The notes below the pieces were generated by a model, which saw only the letters and a program-made list of their open reading frames with translations, was not told the DNA's origin and did no database searches. The position numbers and the translations under genes are program-made. Below are positions 1 to 11,875 of a DNA stretch of 26,650 nucleotides, piece by piece. Positions within the stretch are counted from its first letter, which is position 1. Every line of letters begins with the position of its first letter. Origin of the DNA: Macrostomum lignano (Eukaryota); assembly GCA_002269645.1 (NCBI GenBank), contig NIVC01005087.1, positions 1-26,650 of the forward strand, given 5' to 3'.

Positions 1-870
1 GAGGACTTGAGTGCATGAAGGCGTGCTAGAAGAGGGCTGGAGTGCATGAATGCGTGCTAGAAGAGGGCTGGAGTGCATGAAGGCGTGCTAGAAGAGGACT
101 TGAGTGCATGAAGGCGTGCTAGAAGAGGGCTGAGTGCATGAATGCGTGCTAGAAGAGGCTGAGTGCATGAAGGCGTGCTAGAAGAGGGCTGGAGTGCATG
201 AAGGCGTGCTAGAAGAGGGCTGGAGTGCATGAAGGCGTGCTAGAAGAGGGCTGGAGTGCATGAAGGCGTGCTAGAAGAGGGCTGGAGTGCATGAAGGCGT
301 GCTAGAAGAGGGCTGGAGTGCATGAAGGCGTGCTAGAAGAGGGCTGGAGTGCATGAAGGCGTGCTAGAAGAGGGCTGGAGTGCATGAAGGCGTGCTAGAA
401 GAGGGCTGGAGTGCATGAAGCGTGCTAGAAGAGGGCTGGAGTGCATGAAGGCGTGCTAGAAGAGGGCTGGAGTGCATGAAGGCGTGCTAGAAGAGGGCTG
501 GAGTGCATGAAGGCGTGCTAGAAGAGGGCTTGAGTGCATGAAGGCGTGCTAGAAGAGGGCTGGAGTGCATGAAGGCGTGCTAGAAGAGGGCTGGAGTGCA
601 TGAAGGCGTGCTAGAAGAGGGCTGGAGTGCATGAAGGCGTGCTAGAAGAGGGCTGGAGTGCATGAAGGCGTGCTAGAAGAGGGCTGGAGTGCATGAAGGC
701 GTGCTAGAAGAGGGCTGGAGTGCATGAAGGCGTGCTAGAAGAGGGCTGAGTGCATGAAGGCGTGCTAGAAGAGGGCTGGAGTGCATGAATGCGTGCTAGA
801 AGAGGGCTGGAGTGCATGAAGGCGTGCTAGAAGAGGGCTGTGGTGCATGAAGGCGTGCTAGAAAAGGTCT
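1..870. repeat. 31-bp minisatellite (GAGTGCATGAAGGCGTGCTAGAAGAGGGCTG)n, truncated by the window start
   Basis: Period of 31 read directly (e.g. 181 to 212); about 28 copies with few variants, degenerating at about 840-880. Confidence 0.97.
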
Positions 871-992
871 GGGGTGGCATGAGTCAATGTTTAGGTAAAA
901 TAATTTGTATCGTAATTTTTTTAAACACAAAAGCGAGTTCCGATTTGAAATTTATATTTTAATTATTGGCACCGGCAGGCCGCCCGCTTCAA

Positions 993-1388
993 TCAAATAT
1001 TGCCATTTTTGCAGTTGAGCTCCACTCGCATGACTGACGGGGCAGAATTAATCAGAGATGCAGGAAGGATACGGTTAGGATTGACTGTGATCCCCCCCAT
1101 TGTTTGTGCATCCCAAGCCAACTGCGCCCAAAAATTCAACACGGATGGACAGGTGAACTGTGGAACGAAATTCGACCAATTTTTATCAAGCACGCCTCGC
1201 TGCTTATTGGCCCTCTGGGACACCGGCAAAGGCCAAGCATTGGAACAATGGCGCTTTGACAGATTCCCAATAAAACTTCCATTGTTTGGCAATCCGAAGT
1301 CATCAATAAATTTGCAGAATTTCACAGCCCAAATGTCGGTCGATGCTGGCTGGCTTCGATACTTTTGATATTCAATTCGAAACTGGAA
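993..1388 (-). other. Possible terminal coding exon of an unidentified gene (131 codons, FRIEYQKY...KNGNI*)
   Basis: Non-repetitive open frame starting right after an acceptor-like CATGTGTTCCAG that abuts the 21-bp minisatellite. A + strand frame (1000-1368) is also open. No family recognised. Confidence 0.2.
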
Positions 1389-1400
1389 CACATGCCAAGG

Positions 1401-1766
1401 AAGTGCCATTAGATGTGTTATAAGTGCCATTAGATGTGTTATAAGTGCCATTAGATGTGTTATAAGTGCCATTAGATGTGTTATAAGTGCCATTAGATGT
1501 GTTATAAGTGCCATTAGATGTGTTATAAGTGCCATTAGATGTGTTATAAGTGCCATTAGATGTGTTATAAGTGCCATTAGATATGTTATAAGTGCCATTA
1601 GATGTGTCATAAGTGCCATTAGATGTGTTATAAGTGCCATTAGATGTGTTGGAGGCGCCATTAGATGTGTTATAAGTGCCATTAGATGTGTTAGAGGCGC
1701 CATTAGATCTGTTAGAGGCGCCATTAGATGTATTAGAGGCGTCATTAGATAAGTCGGAGGCGCCAT
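1401..1766. repeat. 21-bp minisatellite (AAGTGCCATTAGATGTGTTAT)n
   Basis: About 17 copies, homogeneous on the left and diverging to GGAGGCGCCATTAGAT variants on the right. Source of the MALITHL pseudo-ORF. Confidence 0.97.
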
Positions 1767-2581
1767 TTACTGCACGATGGCATTAAGTGCGTCAGGAAGT
1801 GTTATTTTCAAACTCAATGAACGCCATTTCATCTGCCAAGGACATTATTCAGGTGTTGAGTTGTCACCTAAGGTTGGTGTTATGATAATTAAGGTGCCGT
1901 CAGCAACATCATTTCAGGCAGCAAGACGTCATGCAATTCATTCGTCAAGGGAGCAGAGGGAGTCAGTCTCTTTGCTGTCAATAATATTTCAAACCCGCGG
2001 ACAGACGGCACATTCAAACCCTGCCGATTTGCCACAGAAGCGGGCGATAAACTATAAAAAAATCAGCGACAAAAAATATGAGTAAGTGGGGAAGAAGCGG
2101 GCGATAAAGTTGGGAACAGATCCCTAGACTTCGGGGCATTTCGGTGACTAAATTCGGCAATATAACGCCATAAGTGTTTTTTCGGTGTCAACCGCCATTC
2201 TTATCCGGCTCTTCTTCTATAAAAGCAACAGAAATATACTCGCTGCTAAAGGTTGGCATTCAATTTTCTGAAAAAGCCGCCAAAGAGAAGAGTATCGACA
2301 GCCACAAGGAATTTGGCGCTTAATTGAGGGAAGAAGGGTGTCAAATGGCGTCAAATATTTTATTGTCTTTCACGCTCACGCCAGCCTTTGGCCATTAAAT
2401 TCTCCATGGAGTGCGGCAGCCCCCCTCACTTAAACACTGTAAAAATTAAAAGCAGGAGCTGCCGTCAGCGCCTTGTGGCGCATTCTTGGCGGCTTGCTTG
2501 CTTCTGCGAGAGTGAAAGCTGAAAAAGCAATCTCGCGTGTTAACCTATCACCTCATTCTGTTCTTCATGCCAGCTCTTCAT

Positions 2582-4870
2582 GCACCCCTGCCCCATCTAG
2601 CACACGCAGACACAGCACCTCTGTCCCATCTAGCACACACAGACACAGCACCTCTGTCCCCATCTAGCACACACAGACACAGCACCCATGTCCCATCTAG
2701 CACACACAGACACAGCACCTCTGTCCCCATCTAGCACACACAGACACACAGCACCCCTGTCCCATCTAGCACACGCAGACACAGCACCTCTGTCCCATCT
2801 AGCACACACAGACACAGCACCCATGTCCCATCTAGCACACACAGACACAGCACCCATGTCCCATCTAGCACACACAGACACAGCACCTCTGTACCCATCT
2901 AGCACACACAGACACACAGCACCCCTGTCCCATCTAGCACACGCAGACACAGCACCCCTGTCCCATCTAGCACACACAGACACAGCACCCCTGCCCCATC
3001 TAGCACACGCAGACACAGCACCCCTGTCCCATCTAGCACACACAGACACAGCACCCCTGCCCCATCTAGCACACACAGACACAGCACCTCTGTCCCCATC
3101 TAGCACACACAGACACAGAACCCATGTCCCATCTAGCACACACAGACACAGCACCTCTGTACCCATCTAGCACACACAGACACAGCACCCCTGTCCCATC
3201 TAGCACACACAGACACAGCACCCCTGCCCCATCTAGCACACACAGACACAGCACCCCTGTCCCCATCTAGCACACGCAGACACAGCACCCCTGTCCCATC
3301 TAGCACACACAGACACAGCACCCCTGTCCCCATCTAGCACACACAGACACAGCACCTCTGTCCCCATCTAGCACACACAGACACAGAACCCATGTCCCAT
3401 CTAGCACACACAGACACAGCACCTCTGTACCCATCTAGCACACACAGACACAGCACCCCTGTCCCATCTAGCACACACAGACACAGCACCCCTGCCCCAT
3501 CTAGCACACACAGACACAGCACCCCTGTCCCCATCTAGCACACACAGACACAGAACCTCTGTCCCCATCTAGCACACACAGACACAGCACCTCTGTCCCC
3601 ATCTAGCACACACAGACACAGAACCTCTGTCCCCATCTAGCACACACAGACACAACACCCCTGTCCCCATCTAGCACACACAGACACAGAACCTCTGTCC
3701 CCATCTAGCACACACAGACACAACACCCCTGTCCCCATCTAGCACACACAGACACAGCACCCCTGTCCCCATCTAGCACACACAGACACAGCACCTCTGT
3801 ACCCATCTAGCACACACAGACACAGCACCCCTGTCCCCATCTAGCACACACAGACACAGCACCCCTTTCCCCATCTAGCACACACAGACACAGCACCCCT
3901 GCCCCATCTAGCACACACAGACACAGCACCCCTGTCCCATCTAGCACACACAGACACAGCACCCCTGCCCCATCTAGCACACACAGACACAGCACCCCTG
4001 TCCCCATCTAGCACACGCAGACACAGCACCCCTGTCCCATCTAGCACACACAGACACAGCACCCCTGCCCCATCTAGCACACACAGACACAGCACCTCTG
4101 TCCCCATCTAGCACACACAGACACAGAACCCATGTCCCATCTAGCACACACAGACACAGCACCTCTGTACCCATCTAGCACACACAGACACAGCACCCCT
4201 GTCCCATCTAGCACACACAGACACAGCACCCCTGCCCCATCTAGCACACACAGACACAGCACCCCTGTCCCCATCTAGCACACACAGACACAGAACCTCT
4301 GTCCCCATCTAGCACACACAGACACAACACCCCTGTCCCCATCTAGCACACACAGACACAGAACCTCTGTCCCCATCTAGCACACACAGACACAACACCC
4401 CTGTCCCCATCTAGCACACACAGACACAGAACCTCTGTCCCCATCTAGCACACACAGACACAACACCCCTGTCCCCATCTAGCACACACAGACACAGCAC
4501 CCCTGTCCCCATCTAGCACACACAGACACAGCACCTCTGTACCCATCTAGCACACACAGACACAGCACCCCTGTCCCCATCTAGCACACACAGACACAGC
4601 ACCCCTGTCCCCATCTAGCACACACAGACACAGCACCCCTGCCCCATCTAGCACACACAGACACAGCACCCCTGCCCCATCTAGCACACACAGACACAGC
4701 ACCCCTGTCCCCATCTAGCACACACAGACACAGAACCTCTGTCCCCATCTAGCACACACAGACACAGCACCCCTGTCCCCATCTAGCACACACAGACACA
4801 GCACCCCTGTCCCCATCTAGCACACACAGACACAGCACCCCTGTCCCCATCTAGCACACACAGACACAGC
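2582..4870. repeat. 33/34-bp minisatellite (CCATCTAGCACACACAGACACAGCACCCCTGTCC)n with higher-order blocks
   Basis: About 68 copies; unit length varies with the C run. Identical variant strings recur at 3066, 3334 and 4074 in the ORF track. Confidence 0.97.
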
Positions 4871-5567
4871 ATTCTTCAGAATCCAAGTCACGCTGTAACT
4901 GCTAAACAGTGGATTCCTAAACAACGCATTCCTAAAAAGTGGATGATGAGGCAGTTATGCAATGCAAGAGACTTAAATAAGTTTCTTACAATCGCTCTGG
5001 CTTCAAAGTCGGCAGCGCATCCTGTTGCAGAAGCAGCAACACGCAGCAGAAGCAACAGTTACAGCTGAGGCAGCAGCTGTCTCCTCTTTCATTCGAATTT
5101 TTCTCTTTGTGCCACCAATATGGATACCGGAGCCTACCGCACCGGGGGCAATATTAAAATCTATAAGCCTCACAGACAGCCGCATTCCAGTACTTCATTT
5201 GCTGTGTAGCATCGCACAATCACTGTATTGGAAGGTCACAATTGTTGGCAAAGATGACGCCCCGCTCGGGTTAAAATATGCATTGGCTGGCACGTCCGGT
5301 ATTTTCATAATTATTTTTTCTATCTCTGTAAAGATAGGGATGCATTTTTTTGTATATCAACTCCCGATTTATAAATGGGATTTCAAGATGGAGTCTGGAG
5401 ATCAAGTCATGCCGCATCTTTGACTATTATAATAGCTGTGTGTGCGGGCGTCAGCTGACTTCGCTCCGCTCGACACCTCCGCTGTGAGGCTGTTGGGCTC
5501 CGTTATTGAAGGAGGCAGGTCTCTGCGCTATGATGACGCCGGGATGTTGCTGAAAGTCATCTGCGTA

Positions 5568-6290
5568 TCATCTGTAGATTGTCTGTAGATATATCAGTAG
5601 ATTTATATCTATCTATGGATCACCTGTAGATCTATATCTATCTATGGATCACCTATAGATCTATATCTATCTATAGATCATCTGTAATCTATATCTATCT
5701 ATGGATCACCTATAGATCTATATCTATCTATAGATCATCTGTAATCTATATCTATCTATGGATCACCTATAGATAGATATCTATCTATGGATCACCTATA
5801 GATAGATATCTATCTATGGATCATCTACAGATCTATATCTATCTATGGATCATCTGTAATCTATATCTATCTATGGATCACCTATAGATCTATATCTATC
5901 TATGGATCATCTGTAATCTATATCTATCTATGGATCACCTGTAGATCTATATCTATCTATGGATCATCTGTAATCTATATCTATCTATGGATCACCTATA
6001 GATCTATATCTATCTATGGATCATCTGTAATCTATATCTATCTATGGATCACCTATAGATCTATATCTATCTATGGATCATCTGTAATCTATATCTATCT
6101 ATGGATCATCTATAGATCTATATCTATCTATGGATCACCTATAGATCTATATCTATCTATGGATCATCTATAGATCTATATCTATCAATGGATCACCTGT
6201 AGATCTATATCTATCAATGGATCACCTGTAGATCTATATCTATCAATGGATCACCTGTAGATCTATATCTATCTATGGATCATCTGTATA
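5568..6290. repeat. 28/29-bp GATA/TATC-derived palindromic minisatellite upstream of Nkx6
   Basis: Units GATCTATATCTATCTATGGATCACCTATA (29) and ATCTATATCTATCTATGGATCATCTGTA (28), often alternating. Confidence 0.95.
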
Positions 6291-6419
6291 ACTTTGAATA
6301 TCGGTGAATCATTTGTAGACACTGGCACCCAAGCATCTAAAAACTTGCATAATTTCCGACAACAAAGCAGCGAAGCGTCAATCCGCAGTTTCTCCGGCAA
6401 AAACGGAATTTTTTATTCC

Positions 6420-6475
6420 AGCCAATGACAGCCGGCCTGGGAGCTTCTCGGCCTGTGATTGGTCGGTCAATAGCG
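6420..6475 (+). promoter_or_regulatory. Candidate Nkx6 proximal promoter: inverted pair of CCAAT boxes with an overlapping TGACAG (TALE-type) site
   Basis: GCCAATGACAG at 6421-6431 and GTGATTGG at 6455-6462 (CCAATCAC on the - strand), 140-180 bp upstream of the ATG. Motif match only. Confidence 0.5.
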
Positions 6476-6602
6476 GTGGCTCCTTCAACCCGCCTCGGAG
6501 AGAGCAGTCTGAATAAAACTCTCTGCACCAGCAAAGCTCCGGCCATCGGATCGAAAGAAACTCCATAGACGAGTAAAAAGTTTGTCATTCAGCTTCATCG
6601 CT

Positions 6603-6915
6603 ATGAGCACCCCGCACAGCATCACGGATATTCTCAATAAAACTGGTCCGACTCGAGTCTCCGAACTCAAGCCGAGTCCAAGTCAGCAGCAGTCGCAGCC
6701 TCCGACATTGATGCAGCTGATGCAGGGGGCATCCGTGCTCATCCCGAGATCGACTCAGCCGCAGCAGCAGCAGCAGATTTCTGCTTCAGTGGCTTCGACT
6801 CTGCTGCCGCCACCGCCACCACCGCCACCGCCGCCGCCCGCCTTCTTCTGGCCGCCGCTGCTGCCTCCGCCTGCGGCGCTGCAGAACTTCTGGAAGGGAG
6901 GGCCGCACTGCCCGA
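6603..6915 (+). CDS. nkx6: Nkx6 homeobox gene, coding exon 1 (eh1/TN motif, poly-Q, poly-P)
   Basis: MSTPHSITDILNK matches the Nkx6 eh1 motif (TPHGINDIL type). GTGAGT donor at 6916; the phase-1 end matches exon 2. Confidence 0.88.
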
Positions 6916-6933
6916 GTGAGTCAGCGAGAATTC

Positions 6934-7712
6934 AGGGTGATTGAGTGCAGTCTTCAGGGTGATTGAGTGCAGTCTTCAGGGGTGATTGAGTGCAGTCTTC
7001 AGGGTGATTGAGTGCAGTCTTCAGGGTGATTGAGTGCAGTCTTCAGGGGTGATTGAGTGCAGTCTTCAGGGGTGATTGAGTGCAGTCTTCAGGGTGATTG
7101 AGTGCAGTCTTCAGGGGTGATTGAGTGCAGTCTTCAGGGGTGATTGAGTGCAGTCTTCAGGGTGATTGAGTGCAGTCTTCAGGGTGATTGAGTGCAGTCT
7201 TCAGGGTGGTTTAGTGCAGTCTTCAGGGTGATTGAGTGCAGTCTTCAGGGTGATTGAGTGCAGTCTTCAGGGTGATTGAGTGCAGTCTTCAGGGTGATTG
7301 AGTGCAGTCTTCAGGGTGATTGAGTGCAGTCTTCAGGGTGGTTTAGTGCAGTCTTCAAGGTGGTTTAGTGCAGTCTTCAGGGTGGTTTAGTGCAGTCTTC
7401 AGTGTGGTTTAGTGCAGTCTTCAGGGTGGTTTAGTGCAGTCTTCAGGGGTGATTGAGTGCAGTCTTCAGGGGTGGTTTAGTGCAGTATTCAGGGGTGATT
7501 TAGTGCAGTCTTCAGGGGTGATTGAGTGCAGTCTTCAGGGGTGGTTTAGTGCAGGTGGTTTAGTGCAGTCTTTAGAGTGAAGTTCAGGTGGTATTTAGTG
7601 AAGTTCTCAGGGAAATTTAATGGGAATTCAAGGGAATTTAGTGAAGTCTTCATGGGAATTCAGTAAAGTTCTGAAAGGAATTCAGCGAATTATTCATGGG
7701 AATTCAGTGAAG
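6934..7712. repeat. 22/23-bp minisatellite (GTGATTGAGTGCAGTCTTCAGG[G])n in Nkx6 intron 1, grading into a degenerate GGGAATTCAGTGAAGTCTT-type repeat
   Basis: About 27 copies from 6934 to 7560, starting about 18 nt after the donor; degenerate related units continue to about 7712. Confidence 0.95.
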
Positions 7713-8495
7713 TCTTATCTAGTAAACAAAAAACACTTTAGCTGGGGGTATTTAGTTAACAATTCATGGTAGATTCAGTGAGAACCTCAGTTTTTGTTTT
7801 CAGGGGTAATTTAGTGGGCAGAACATACATGGGAAGGTATTTACTGTATTCTCTAATTAAGAACTTAATTTGCATTTTATTAAAAATATTTTCTCTGAAA
7901 TTCATTTCATTCTTCTCTGCTGCTTTCCTGTTCATTTTTATTGCTTCAACTTTGCACAGTTTATTGCATACAATGCAACGGGTTCTGTGTCTCTGGCGCA
8001 ATGACAGGGTTACAGCTGCAGACCTAAAATATATGAATTCAATTGTTCGAAAAATGTTTGAGCTCTGCAAGCACCCTGACTGTGTGCCAAATGGGGTGTC
8101 AGTTTGTCACATCACAGGTTTAATGGGGGTACGAACTTGCTACACATCTTATATTCGTACCTTCGCAAGCAGTGCGCTTCATCAAACGTTTATTTAGGAC
8201 TAAATTAAACGCAAGCCAAGAAACAGAGGAGCCACTTGACAGTTTTGCATATTGCACAGCACAATGCTGAGACAGCCTCCCGCCCCATGCATTGTGCATG
8301 GCATGCATAGCGTCTTTTGCAAGGGTGCGACTGCATATTACTGACATTTGAGCCTATCTAATGGCACCATCTGCCTTTAATTAGCGTGGGTTGCGTTTAA
8401 TGGTTAATGGCTTTGTAGTGTAGGCTTGCGGTGAGCCAGGGTGTAGAAGGCAGGCGCTGTCTGACTGCCAATGCAAACTGCCGATCCAAAAAAAC

Positions 8496-9357
<862 letters not shown>

Positions 9358-9391
9358 TGACCGGTGTCTGACTGTTGCGAGAACTGACAAT

Positions 9392-10587
9392 CTGACAATT
9401 AGAATAAGCTGACAATTAGAATAAGCTGACAATTAGAATAAGCTGACAATTAGAATAAGCTGACAATTAGAATAAGCTGACAATTAGAATAAGCTGACAA
9501 TTAGAATAAGCTGACAATTAGAATAAGCTGACAATTAGAATAAGCTGACAATTAGAATAAGCTGACAATTAGAATAAGCTGACAATTAGAATAAGCTGAC
9601 AATTAGAATAAGCTGACAATTAGAATAAGCTGACAATTAGAATAAGCTGACAATTAGAATAAGCTGACAATTAGAATAAGCTGACAATTAGAATAAGCTG
9701 ACAATTAGAATAAGCTGACAATTAGAATAAGCTGACAATTAGAATAAGCTGACAATTAGAATAAGCTGACAATTAGAATAAGCTGACAATTAGAATAAGC
9801 TGACAATTAGAATAAGCTGACAATTAGAATAAGCTGACAATTAGAATAAGCTGACAATTAGAATAAGCTGACAATTAGAATAAGCTGACAATTAGAATAA
9901 GCTGACAATTAGAATAAGCTGACAATTAGAATAAGCTGACAATTAGAATAAGCTGACAATTAGAATAAGCTGACAATTAGAATAAGCTGACAATTAGAAT
10001 AAGCTGACAATTAGAATAAGCTGACAATTAGAATAAGCTGACAATTAGAATAAGCTGACAATTAGAATAAGCTGACAATTAGAATAAGCTGACAATTAGA
10101 ATAAGCTGACAATTAGAATAAGCTGACAATTAGAATAAGCTGACAATTAGAATAAGCTGACAATTAGAATAAGCTGACAATTAGAATAAGCTGACAATTA
10201 GAATAAGCTGACAATTAGAATAAGCTGACAATTAGAATAAGCTGACAATTAGAATAAGCTGACAATTAGAATAAGCTGACAATTAGAATAAGCTGACAAT
10301 TAGAATAAGCTGACAATTAGAATAAGCTGACAATTAGAATAAGCTGACAATTAGAATAAGCTGACAATTAGAATAAGCTGACAATTAGAATAAGCTGACA
10401 ATTAGAATAAGCTGACAATTAGAATAAGCTGACAATTAGAATAAGCTGACAATTAGAATAAGCTGACAATTAGAATAAGCTGACAATTAGAATAAGCTGA
10501 CAATTAGAATAAGCTGACAATTAGAATAAGCTGACAATTAGAATAAGCTGACAATTAGAATAAGCTGACAATTAGAATAAGCTGACA
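9392..10587. repeat. 17-bp minisatellite (CTGACAATTAGAATAAG)x70 at the start of Nkx6 intron 2
   Basis: 9392 to 10581 is exactly 70 x 17 bp with no variant seen; degenerate half-units lie on both sides. Confidence 0.98.
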
Positions 10588-11499
10588 GACTGAAAATTAG
10601 GATAGCCTGACAGTCCGTCAGTCTCCAGAAAATCGCCAGAGAAACTTGGGAAAAGACTCTGCTTTGAAACTTGGGGTTCCCGATTGTACGGGAACTTCTC
10701 TCCCAGACTTTTTCTGGCCACTTTTCGGCCAACCGCTTCCCATCACGATTGTTTGCCCACTGCAATGAGTGAATTTCGGTGTTTGCTAACTGATTTTTAA
10801 ACAACACTTTTAAGGGCCGAGGATGGTGTTCGCTGGGCAGAATCCTATTTTTGGCGAGTTTTTTACTCCCTGTAGCAAAAGATGACGGGATAATGGCGGC
10901 CGCCCCTGAAGAGAGGGCGAAGTGCAACCCCCCCCCCCCAGATTTGACTAATAGGGATATCTTATACGCAAGCTATTAACGCCTTTTTTGTTACACCGGA
11001 ATGGTCATCTGGTGAATCGCTCAACCCTTCTGTCAAATAAAAGCAATTTAGTAGCAATGCTTGATGACTATTGATGCCGGCAAATAGTGTGAAACAGGGG
11101 AATATGGAGAGTCACCTGTTGTCTTTCTGTCATCATGGGGGATTCCCTGGGGGGCGGAGCATCTGCAAGCATCATCACACCTCCTTGGTTGAACACGAAT
11201 ACTCGCTCGCTAATTTCCATTGCTTCGCAGCTGCCAAAGTTTTGTCTGCCAGTTGTCGGGATGCAGGGCTTCGAGAAATTAACAGAATCTGCTGGCGAAG
11301 TCTTTGTATTGCTAATGGGTCTGGGGGGGTGGGGGGCTCGTGCGGGACTCTGGTGGAAGCAGGTCTGTGGAGCCTTAATTGAATAAACTCAGGCTAATCA
11401 GTGAGGGGTTGATTGGCGCGCTGAAGAAATATGATTAGAAACAAATCGTCTTTATTGTCTCCATGCCCTTCTCTCCCTCACACCAAATTCTCTTTTCCT

Positions 11500-11716
11500 C
11501 ACATCAGCCTCTCTCCACTCTCTTCTCTCCTCTCTCCTCTCTCCTTTAGCGGAATGGGCGCCCGCGCCTTCCCGCTGTGTCCCCTCCGGGACAGCCCTGC
11601 AGCTCCTCTCTCTTCTCTCCTCTCTCCTCTCTCCTCTCTCCTCTCTCCTCTCTCCTCTCTCCTCTCTCCTCTCCTCTCTCCTCTCTCCTCTCTCATCTCT
11701 TCTCTCTCCTTTCTCA

Positions 11717-11773
<57 letters not shown>

Positions 11774-11875
11774 AATATCTCATCTCTAATATCTCCTCTC
11801 TCCTCCCTTATCTATTCTCTCTCCTCTCTCCCTTTCTTCCTCTCTTCTCTCCCTCTCTACTCTCTCCTTCTCAGT
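11500..11875. repeat. Polypyrimidine (CT/CTCTC)n tract including a pure (TC)n run
   Basis: Read directly; pure TC dinucleotide at about 11720-11770. Confidence 0.95.

Noticed and set aside
1-870. GAGTGCA (reverse complement TGCACTC) as tandem metal-response elements
   Set aside because: A 7-mer core only, no metal-related target gene nearby, and a chance match is likely.
1401-4870. ORFs MALITHL..., [10 protein letters not shown]..., [11 protein letters not shown]...
   Set aside because: Translations of the 21-bp and 33/34-bp minisatellites.
7200-7560. GGGTGGTT in array variants as Gli sites
   Set aside because: Two mismatches to TGGGTGGTC, including the critical terminal C.
7756-8347. 143-, 104- and 75-aa ORFs inside Nkx6 intron 1
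   Set aside because: AT-rich intronic sequence with no homology recognised and no convincing splice pair.
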